A stretch of DNA of 64,000 nucleotides, taken from the IMG/VR virus record IMGVR_UViG_2636416187_000004, positions 10,448 to 74,447 of that record. One strand, given 5' to 3'. Positions within the stretch are counted from its first letter, which is position 1. The number at the start of each line of letters is the position of its first letter. The notes beneath the pieces were generated by a model. It had not been told where the DNA came from, did no database searches, and saw nothing but the letters and a program-made list of their open reading frames with translations. The stretch comes from a virus. Lineage: Duplodnaviria; Caudoviricetes. Below are positions 57,173 through 64,000 of the stretch, piece after piece. A program made the position numbers and the translations under genes.

Positions 57173-57206
57173 GCGACACGTTTCGCGAATCAGCAAATTG
57201 TGTCGC
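57173..57206. repeat. 34-bp 13-8-13 site, copy C (intergenic)
   Basis: GCGACACGTTTCG-cgaatcag-CAAATTGTGTCGC with outer GTC/GAC. Confidence 0.85.
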
Positions 57207-57248
57207 GACACAAAAGCACCCACGTTGCCGCTCAGCGGCATCAAGAAT

Positions 57249-57686
57249 CTAGAATGGGCGCCGGTTTGTCACGATGTGAGTCAACTTCTGCAGGGCCTCC
57301 GAATACTTTGCCGCCTTTACACCTTCGTCAGGTGAGCCGCCCATTGAACTCGGACCATGGCTAAAGTTGTTCAATGTGGTGTTGATTTCTCCCCGCGCTC
57401 CGCCAGCACCAGGGGTGTACCAGAGGTCAACATTACGATTAATTCGCACCACCGTTTCAAACAACAGTGCAATTAGGTCTCCAGGGTTTTCGATGGAGAA
57501 TCCATCATTTTCCGTCAACGTTAGTTGCTCAGTCGACGGTAACGTGGCGCGGTAGCGGGTCTGAGCTACGTCTCGAACCAACTCAATCATTTTCGAGATG
57601 TCAGCCTGACTACCTGACTGTAGGTTATAGAATCGAAGCTGATCGTCTTTCAGCAGCTCTGTGGCATGGTCTAGCACTTTTTTCAT
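57249..57686 (-). CDS. Antisense moron of unknown function
   Basis: 145-aa ORF, lower GC. Confidence 0.65.
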   Translation of the reverse strand: MKKVLDHATELLKDDQLRFYNLQSGSQADISKMIELVRDVAQTRYRATLPSTEQLTLTENDGFSIENPGDLIALLFETVVRINRNVDLWYTPGAGGARGEINTTLNNFSHGPSSMGGSPDEGVKAAKYSEALQKLTHIVTNRRPF

Positions 57687-57772
57687 TGTGGAACTCTCTG
57701 GATTGGATCCATATCAATAGCGGCATTACGCCACTAACTCAATACCTACTTTGGTACTACTTGAGCCAATTT

Positions 57773-57830
57773 ATGACAACCTAGCAACCCGACTGGGAGG
57801 CGATCTCGCATGCCTACCCAGCCGAGATTG
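57773..57830 (+). pseudogene. Relic 5' end of a terminase-small-subunit-like gene
   Basis: Reads MTT*QPDWEAISHAYPA, resembling the PDWEAI..AY start of phage TerS proteins. Confidence 0.45.
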
Positions 57831-57836
57831 CAAACT

Positions 57837-57944
57837 TCAGGGCTTACTGAGCAGGCAAGCAACGATCCCGGGCTTCAAACATTCCGGAGCGATCATGAAA
57901 ATGACGACTGCTACTGCAAGCACTAAGTAAATTGTGTTTTTCAT
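57837..57944 (-). CDS. 35-aa hydrophobic peptide
   Basis: GAGG upstream; MKNTIYLVLAVAVVIFMIAPEC.. Confidence 0.45.
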   Translation of the reverse strand: MKNTIYLVLAVAVVIFMIAPECLKPGIVACLLSKP

Positions 57945-58057
57945 CCTTCGAGCCTCGTTGGTTAATGAGCGCTCATTAGGCCGGGCTGGCTCGTGAATAG
58001 GCGGGCAATCTGTCCCTCTTTTGGGGGCGAACTCTGAATTGAGAAGGTTCTTCTGGT

Positions 58058-58681
58058 ATGAATCGGCCGCGTCCTCCTGCGTCATTGGTCGAGCTATCCG
58101 ATCTTTCGGATTTCGGCACCCGCTTGATGCCTGCCCCCGAAGTATGGGAATGGCTCCAAGCCGAGATCCTTGCCGACAACGGCAGCATCCACAACGAGGA
58201 TCATGCTCATCTGATCGATGCGGACATTCGTGTGATGTGGGCGTCTTCTGCCTTCACGAAGAAGGGGCGCACTGTCGTGGGCCAAGCCGAGCAGGTAGCG
58301 TTCCGCGCCGGTGGCTGGCAGAAAGCCCGGATGGAACAGCAGATGCTGGATTGGTTCGGCGAAGTGCCGGCCTACATCATCACCTTGGCTGCCGATTACT
58401 GCGCTGACTGTTCCGACGCTGACTTCTGCGCACTGGTCGAGCATGAGCTGTATCACATTGCTCAGGCGAAGGATAAATACGGCGCACCCAAGTTCACCCA
58501 AGACGGCTTGCCCAAGCTTGAGATGCGCGGACACGACGTTGAAGAGTTCGTCGGTGTTGTCCGCCGCTACGGTGCAAGCTCAGCAGTTCAAGAGCTAGTG
58601 GACGCCGCAAACAATCCTGCTGAGGTGGGGAAATTGAACATATCGAGGGCCTGCGGAACCTGTCTGCTCAAGTCGGCCTGA
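58058..58681 (+). CDS. Putative phage metallopeptidase
   Basis: HELYH (HExxH), HDVEEF..VVRRYG. Confidence 0.8.
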   Translation: MNRPRPPASLVELSDLSDFGTRLMPAPEVWEWLQAEILADNGSIHNEDHAHLIDADIRVMWASSAFTKKGRTVVGQAEQVAFRAGGWQKARMEQQMLDWFGEVPAYIITLAADYCADCSDADFCALVEHELYHIAQAKDKYGAPKFTQDGLPKLEMRGHDVEEFVGVVRRYGASSAVQELVDAANNPAEVGKLNISRACGTCLLKSA

Positions 58682-58713
58682 TCCTTGACAGGACCTTGAC
58701 GGAATAAACCCAT

Positions 58714-59277
58714 ATGGCAGCCCTGAAAGATGAGGTGAAGCGCTTCATTGTGCAGGCGTTGGCCTGCTTTGACACGCCGACTCAGGTAGTGCAGGCGGTC
58801 AAGGAAACATTTGGCGTCGAGGTGTCTCGCCAGCAGTGCGAGCAGTACGACCCAACGAAACACGCTGGCCGTGACCTTGGCGTGAAGTGGAAAGCGGTGT
58901 TTGAAGATACCCGCAAACGCTTCCGCGAGGAGACAGCCGAGATCCCGATCGCTAACCGAGCATTCCGCCTTCGTGCAATGAACCGGTTCGTGGAGAAGGC
59001 GGAGACGATGAAGAACATCGGCTTGGCCATGCAGATCCTGGAGCAGGCCGCGAAGGAAGTCGGCGACGTCTACGTGAACCGGCAGAAGAAGGCCGACGCC
59101 GAAGACGAACCCACTGTCCCGACGGCTGTAACTGTTCAAGTGATCAATGCGAGGAAGCCGGATGCCGAGCCTGAATGTTCCGCAGGCTCCCTGGCGCATT
59201 CGCCGCAACATTTGTCGGGCTGCCGACAACCGAGGTTGTGGTGCAGAGCTCTTCGGGCTTGTGCTGGAGCACTGTAG
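58714..59277 (+). CDS. Terminase small subunit (DUF2280-like); C-terminus runs across the deletion junction
   Basis: FIVQALACFDTP.QV, IPIANRAFRLR, EQAAKEVGD. Confidence 0.85.
   Translation: MAALKDEVKRFIVQALACFDTPTQVVQAVKETFGVEVSRQQCEQYDPTKHAGRDLGVKWKAVFEDTRKRFREETAEIPIANRAFRLRAMNRFVEKAETMKNIGLAMQILEQAAKEVGDVYVNRQKKADAEDEPTVPTAVTVQVINARKPDAEPECSAGSLAHSPQHLSGCRQPRLWCRALRACAGAL
59162..59188 (+). pseudogene. First 9 codons of terminase large subunit
   Basis: ATG after GAGG overlapping terS end; MPSLNVPQA then abrupt switch to fibre sequence. Confidence 0.65.
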
Positions 59278-59384
59278 CTGCCGACCCGACAACCCTCCAG
59301 TTCGGGTCTATTTTCATCATCTCGCCGACCAGTACCTCGGTGACCATTATCCTGAACTGTTTTGCCATTGGGAGGTGGTTCTGA
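59189..59384 (+). pseudogene. 3' remnant of side tail fibre gene
   Basis: Nearly identical to 27300-27495. Confidence 0.9.
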
Positions 59385-60100
59385 TGATCATTAAACTGAC
59401 GTCCGTTCGAAACGATGAGTCCCTGGCTGTGGTGGTTGCCGGTGACGTTCTGACCGTGAATGGCCAGGCTTTTGATTTTTCGCAAGTGGGCCAGGGCGAC
59501 ACACTGCCGCGCCAAGCGATCAAATCCCCGTGGTTTGACGCCGACGTTGAGCGCGTGAATGGGCAGCTGGTGGTCACGCTGCTGCTGCCAATTCCCGCGA
59601 ATTACAGCCCAGAGCAGGCTTTCCCGGTACCGCTGCTGAATGTTCCGGATGGCGCAGTGCAGTTTCCGGCGCCGCTCCCGGTGGAAGGGGAACCGGCTGA
59701 ACCGCGTGCTATGCCGGAGTTTCAGCAGGTCGTTGGCGCCATCGATTGGAGCCAGCTGGTCACGGCACAGATGAAGGCGGCCACCGCCGCCGCGGCGCAG
59801 CTCACGCAGATGAAGGCTGTTCTGGCCAGCAAAAACGCGTCGGCCAACGCGCAGATCCTGCGTATTCAGGATCGCGTCGACACGCTGGGTTATGGCATCG
59901 ACGCGGGCGAGGCAACAGAGGCTGATGAAGCCGAGCAGGCCGCGCTGCTGGTTAGCCTGAAATCCTGGAAGGCCTACAAATTTTCGCTGGGCAAGGTCAC
60001 CAGCCAACCAGCCTGGCCCACCGCGCCGGCATGGCCAGCCGAGCCGCCTATTCCTGAAATCGAAGCCTCGCCCATGGCTCGACCTGCAGACGAGATCTGA
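59384..60100 (+). CDS. Tail fibre assembly/chaperone-like protein
   Basis: Nearly identical to 27495-28211. Confidence 0.85.
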   Translation: MIIKLTSVRNDESLAVVVAGDVLTVNGQAFDFSQVGQGDTLPRQAIKSPWFDADVERVNGQLVVTLLLPIPANYSPEQAFPVPLLNVPDGAVQFPAPLPVEGEPAEPRAMPEFQQVVGAIDWSQLVTAQMKAATAAAAQLTQMKAVLASKNASANAQILRIQDRVDTLGYGIDAGEATEADEAEQAALLVSLKSWKAYKFSLGKVTSQPAWPTAPAWPAEPPIPEIEASPMARPADEI

Positions 60101-60158
60101 CCGGTAAGCACCTGGAACTCCGCCATCGAGCGGGTATTTTTTTGCCTGGAGAAAACTG

Positions 60159-60581
60159 ATGCCTGTAACCGAAAAAGATCGAGATATCCTCGCTCGCACC
60201 CTTTGGGGCGAAGCTCGCGGCGAGGGCACTGCCGGCCAGATCGCGGTGGCGTGGACGATCCGCAACCGAGTATTCGATGGCAAGACCAATTCGTGGTGGG
60301 GCGAGGGCTACGCCGGCGTGTGCCAGAAGCCGTACCAGTTCAGCTGCTGGAACAAGACCGACCCGAACTATCAGTTCCTGATCGGCGTGAAGGTGATCCC
60401 GTCCCGAGAGCTGGCGCAATGCCGGATCGCTGCTGACCAAGTGATCGACGGGAAGGTGTCTGATCCTACCGGCGGGGCCACGCATTATTACGCTACCAGC
60501 ATCAAGGCGCCGGCCTGGGCTGCTAAGGCCAAGCAGACGCTGAAACTGGGCGGGCACGTCTTCTTCAAGGATGTGCCGTGA
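60159..60581 (+). CDS. Endolysin, SleB/Hydrolase_2 family
   Basis: Same motifs as 28269-28694. Confidence 0.9.
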   Translation: MPVTEKDRDILARTLWGEARGEGTAGQIAVAWTIRNRVFDGKTNSWWGEGYAGVCQKPYQFSCWNKTDPNYQFLIGVKVIPSRELAQCRIAADQVIDGKVSDPTGGATHYYATSIKAPAWAAKAKQTLKLGGHVFFKDVP

Positions 60582-61099
60582 TGGTCGTGCCGTGGAAAGC
60601 GGTGGGCGCGCTGGCGCTGGTGCTGATCGGCGCCGGCAGCGCCTGGCAGTTTCAGGACTGGCGATACGGCGAGAAGCTTGCCGAGCAGGCCCAGCAGCAC
60701 GCCGAAACCCTCAATCAACTGACCCAAGCCGCCGTCAACGCGCAACAAGCCGAGCAGGACAAGCGTCTGGCGCTCGAGCAGCGGCTGGCGGCCAGCGAGC
60801 AAACCCACTTCGAGAAAATGACCGATGCTCAAAAGAACCAGGATCGCCTGCGCGATCGCCTTGCCACTTCTGATCTGCGGCTGTCAGTCCTCCTCGACGC
60901 AAACGACGCTGCCAAAGGCTGTGGGGTGCCAGCCACCGCCGGCGCCGGCGGCGTGGATCATGCAGCCGTACGCGCCAGACTTGACCCGGCGCATGCTCAA
61001 CGAATTATCGCCATCACCGACACCGGCGACCGGGGGCTGATCGCGCTGCAGGCGTGTCAGGCCTACGTCAAGGCGCTTGCACCTGCTCGGTTCGAATGA
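60578..61099 (+). CDS. i-spanin Rz
   Basis: Homolog of 28691-29206. Confidence 0.85.
   Translation: MMVVPWKAVGALALVLIGAGSAWQFQDWRYGEKLAEQAQQHAETLNQLTQAAVNAQQAEQDKRLALEQRLAASEQTHFEKMTDAQKNQDRLRDRLATSDLRLSVLLDANDAAKGCGVPATAGAGGVDHAAVRARLDPAHAQRIIAITDTGDRGLIALQACQAYVKALAPARFE
60825..61040 (+). CDS. o-spanin Rz1
   Basis: Lipobox LICGC, nested in Rz. Confidence 0.8.
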   Translation: MLKRTRIACAIALPLLICGCQSSSTQTTLPKAVGCQPPPAPAAWIMQPYAPDLTRRMLNELSPSPTPATGG

Positions 61100-61192
61100 C
61101 GTAATTGAACCCGGTATCGACCGATACGGATCTGCGTGGCAAAAAGCCACTTTATCTAATACATTCAGCTGTCCAACAGACACGTCTACGAC

Positions 61193-61561
61193 ATGGAAGC
61201 TGATATGAAACTGAAAATCGATTTTGTTTACGGACACGGGGATGCCAGCGAGGAACGAGTTGTATTAACTGTTCTGGAAGACTGTAACTTGAGCAGCTAC
61301 ATGGTGTGTGACGCAACCTTCACTAATGATGGGATGCTTTCTAACAAAAACCGTCATACGAAATGGTTTCACGATAAGCAAGTGAAGAAGGGCGAGCGTA
61401 TCTCTCTACATACAAGGGTTGGAGTAGATAATGATCAAGTGCAAAGTGGAGTTCTATGGCATCACATTTATTGGGACTTCAAAAGTCCTATTTGGAATGA
61501 CGGCGGTGATGCCGCTGTTCTATTAGAGATAGCAGGCTGGAAAACAACCAAAGCTCGGTAA
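61193..61561 (+). CDS. AT-rich moron, lamin-tail-domain-like
   Basis: ERVVL, GERISLHT.VG, IWNDGGDAAVL. Confidence 0.65.
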   Translation: MEADMKLKIDFVYGHGDASEERVVLTVLEDCNLSSYMVCDATFTNDGMLSNKNRHTKWFHDKQVKKGERISLHTRVGVDNDQVQSGVLWHHIYWDFKSPIWNDGGDAAVLLEIAGWKTTKAR

Positions 61562-61803
61562 TCCTCGTACCACTTTTTGTACCAATCCTACGTTTTTTAG
61601 GGGGGTTTAGGGGGTGGAATGCCCCCTGAAGCCCTTTAAAGCCCCCAGACCAAAAACGCCAGCGACTCCGCACATGCTCATCCTAATCCCTTAAAGCAGC
61701 CTTACCTGTGCCTTTATCGGGGGGGGGGGGGTAGCGCTGCGCCATTCTTGCGATACCACCATTCGTGAACCATCATTTAGATTCGAACTGGATGACTGGT
61801 GCA

Positions 61804-61890
61804 ATGGACAAACAATTGGCTGGTTACTCAATCGTGATGACGATTATCTGGGTTTCAGTCGTTCTTTCTGTCATTTATTGGATGTCGTAG
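61804..61890 (+). CDS. 28-aa single-TM peptide
   Basis: MDKQLAGYSIVMTIIWVSVVLSVIYWMS. Confidence 0.45.
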   Translation: MDKQLAGYSIVMTIIWVSVVLSVIYWMS

Positions 61891-61911
61891 TGAATGTGAT
61901 GGGGGGCTGAC

Positions 61912-62142
61912 TTGGAAGGCGTGGTGCTGAGCGAGAAGATGCAGCGAGAGGCGGATCGCCTGCTGGCGCAGATTGTCCGGGCTGATTCGATGATCATCGC
62001 TGTGAAGGCGGGAGCACGGGCAGATGGCTTCGTGCTTGGCTTGGAAACCGGCGGTGCTTTGCGCGCCGGCGATGCTGAAAGGCTGTACATTATTTTTGAA
62101 GCCGCGCTGATGGAGCGCCTGAAAACGCTGACGAAGGGCTGA
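61912..62142 (+). CDS. Small hypothetical protein at prophage end
   Basis: 76-aa ORF, RADGFVLGLE. Confidence 0.6.
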   Translation: MEGVVLSEKMQREADRLLAQIVRADSMIIAVKAGARADGFVLGLETGGALRAGDAERLYIIFEAALMERLKTLTKG

Positions 62143-62193
62143 TCAATCGACTGGCTTGATCAGCTCCGGACCTTGATTGCGGGCATTCCCCAC
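62143..62193 (-). pseudogene. C-terminal remnant of SOS-response-associated peptidase (SRAP/YedK-like)
   Basis: Reads VGNARNQGPELIKPVD*. Confidence 0.5.
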
Positions 62194-62230
62194 AAAACCG
62201 TTCACTTTGCGGTAGCCTTGAAACGCCTGC

Positions 62231-62620
62231 TCAGGAGTCGTCCCGTCGATAGGGGATGCTTGGCGAGAAGGGTGTTTCTCCTTTCAGGGTTTGAAGCTCT
62301 GTTGCCAGGTGAGAGATGTGCCTGTCCTTCGCCATCACCTCCCAGTTAGTTTTGATCGTGATGTCGTTCGCTCGCCGGTCAGCCTCGGCAGCTTTAGCCT
62401 TGGCCGCGATCAGCTCATCCCTTAGAGAGTTCCTTTCCGCCGTGAGAGCGTCGTTGTCACGCACCAATCCCTGGATATTTCCCACTGCTCGTTCCAGCTT
62501 GAGAGTGAGCGCTTCGAATTCATTTTCGTACATCCGGAGTTGATGCCGGCAGGTTTCGAGCGAAGTCGGGTTACCGAGCCAATCGTCGGTGTCTTCTATA
62601 TAGAGGGGGTCCACGGGCAT
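62231..62620 (-). CDS. SOS-regulated coiled-coil protein
   Basis: 129-aa ORF with LexA box 14 nt upstream. Confidence 0.7.
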   Translation of the reverse strand: MPVDPLYIEDTDDWLGNPTSLETCRHQLRMYENEFEALTLKLERAVGNIQGLVRDNDALTAERNSLRDELIAAKAKAAEADRRANDITIKTNWEVMAKDRHISHLATELQTLKGETPFSPSIPYRRDDS

Positions 62621-62633
62621 GCCTTGCTGATTA

Positions 62634-62649
62634 CTGGTTGCATATACAG
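62634..62649. promoter_or_regulatory. LexA (SOS) box
   Basis: taCTG-GTTGCATATA-CAGta matches CTG-N10-CAG. Confidence 0.85.
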
Positions 62650-62867
62650 TAATCGAGGCGCGGCAGGTGGGCGAGGGTGAAGCGACGAGCTGTAGGATTT
62701 TGGATTGGTGACTGTCGGCAGAACGCCGTAGCGCAGGGACTTTCCGGTCGAAAGCCTGTAGGGACTTTTGCGGGGATTCGTAATATACGGTCAGTCACCG
62801 TTAGGCATCGATTGCAGTGGGCGCCGTTCCAAAGGACTGTTCCGTATAGCTTTTTTGCTCCCCTGCA

Positions 62868-62919
62868 AGCATGGGGTGCTAGGGGTCGAGTGTTCGAATC
62901 ACTCCGTCCCGACCATATA
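62868..62919 (+). repeat. attR = 3' half of tRNA-Pro(GGG)
   Basis: Identical to 31404-31455; host sequence follows. Confidence 0.95.
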
Positions 62920-62923
62920 ATTC

Positions 62924-62959
62924 AAAGGGTTGCGAGATTTTATCTCGCGACCCTTTTTT
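62924..62959 (+). terminator. Original host tRNA terminator
   Basis: AAAGGGTTGCGAGAT..ATCTCGCGACCCTTTTTT. Confidence 0.8.
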
Positions 62960-63085
62960 GTTTTTAAGCGTTTTTACCCCTACAAAAACTCTGGCTCTTG
63001 GTTGAATCTTCAGCAGCTACAAAGTTCACGGCGCGAGAAGAGTGCTTCGCTGTGTGCTGGTCGCTCGAGCAGAAGGGGACGGCCG

Positions 63086-64000
63086 TTAAAGAGCCTTTTC
63101 CGGTGCCGGTTGGTCGTTGGGTTGGGCGATGATTGTTTTGAGCTCTGCGCTCATGGGGAATTTGAGATTCAAGCCTTTGGGAGGGATGGGCTGAGTAAAC
63201 CATTTATCGTAGATGGCGTTGATTTCACCGGAGACAAAAAGTGACTTGATCGAGTCATCCACGACTTTTTTGAGATCCGGATCACCCCGACGCATTGTGC
63301 AACCATAGATTTCGTTGGATTGCGGGGTGCCAGTCACTACCCAATCTTCCGGTTTCTTTGCCTTTGCCATTTCGCCCGCTAGCAATGCGTCGTCCTGCAT
63401 AAACGCAATGGCGCGGCCGGACTCGAGCATTTGGTAAGACTCGCCAATGTCTTTGGCAGAGATTACGTTCATGTTCATCTTTTTCTCGGCATTCATGACC
63501 TTGAGCATCCGCTCGGCAGTGCTGCCAGCAGTAGTCACTACGTTCTTGCCATTGAGATCTTGAAAGTCCTTGTAAACCGAATCCTTCCTGACCAACAGAC
63601 GGGTGCTGGCTTCAAAAATGCCGACCGAGAAGTCGACCTGCCGAGCTCTCTCGGCGGTATTGGTTGTGGAGCCGCACTCCAGGTCCACAGTGCCGTTTTG
63701 CACCAGTGGGATACGCGTCTGTGATGTCACCAGGTTGTACCGTACGTTCAGCTTGGGCATACCGAGTTCTTGCTTGATAGCCTCGACAATCTTTAATTGA
63801 ATGTCATGGGAGTAGCCCATCGGCTGACCGGATCCGTCGGCCATATAAGAGAAGGGAATGGAAGAGTCTCGGTGACCCAGGGTGATGGTCCCCGAGGTCT
63901 TGATTTTCTTAAGCGTGCCGGTGGGTTCGGCAGCCATGAGGGCAGTACTACTTAAGGCCACAGTCAGGGTAACGCCCAGGATTGCAGGGAAGGTACGCAT
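63086..64000 (-). CDS. gltI: Glutamate/aspartate ABC transporter substrate-binding protein (host)
   Basis: Signal peptide; GHRDSSIPFSY, TSQTRIPLVQNGTVDLECGSTTN. Confidence 0.9.
   Translation of the reverse strand: MRTFPAILGVTLTVALSSTALMAAEPTGTLKKIKTSGTITLGHRDSSIPFSYMADGSGQPMGYSHDIQLKIVEAIKQELGMPKLNVRYNLVTSQTRIPLVQNGTVDLECGSTTNTAERARQVDFSVGIFEASTRLLVRKDSVYKDFQDLNGKNVVTTAGSTAERMLKVMNAEKKMNMNVISAKDIGESYQMLESGRAIAFMQDDALLAGEMAKAKKPEDWVVTGTPQSNEIYGCTMRRGDPDLKKVVDDSIKSLFVSGEINAIYDKWFTQPIPPKGLNLKFPMSAELKTIIAQPNDQPAPEKAL

Larger units (their letters stand above)
31404..62919 (+). mobile_element. Prophage 2, defective (head-tail block deleted)
   Basis: Flanked by 52-bp direct repeats; int next to att; no portal, capsid or tail genes. 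Confidence 0.93.

Noticed and set aside
31404-62919. Prophage 2 as a bona fide phage satellite (PICI/P4-like)
   Set aside because: It has an ordinary lambdoid gene order with a clear deletion scar and no capsid-redirection genes; its TerS family differs from prophage 1's HNH/P27-type system.

Overview
This window looks like Pseudomonas (fluorescens-group-like) chromosome carrying two tandem lambdoid prophages integrated at the 3' half of tRNA-Pro(GGG). The 52-bp att repeats lie at 31404-31455 and 62868-62919, and a host glutamate/aspartate ABC binding-protein gene follows. Prophage 1 (1 to ~31455, left end outside the window) has replication, nin, Q, holin, HK97-type head, lambda-like tail and lysis genes and looks morphogenetically complete. 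Prophage 2 (31,464 bp repeat to repeat) keeps integrase, early genes, cI/cro, replication, Q and a full lysis set. It has lost the whole head-tail block by a deletion that joins the first codons of terL to a tail-fibre tip nearly identical to that of prophage 1. The most notable unexplained structures are: (i) a Mu Com-like zinc-finger gene followed by a duplicated RBS-sequestering RNA leader in front of two cargo genes, one a lectin-like bacteriocin (LlpA family), inside the late/lysis operon of the particle-less prophage; (ii) four dispersed 34-bp 13-8-13 palindromic sites shared by both prophages; (iii) three paralogs of one exported 'KDPDSAKF...NSYGAYTGF' protein family at moron positions, one fused to a SPOR domain; (iv) several candidate structured RNAs. 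All calls are by eye from the sequence and the ORF track; no searches were run.
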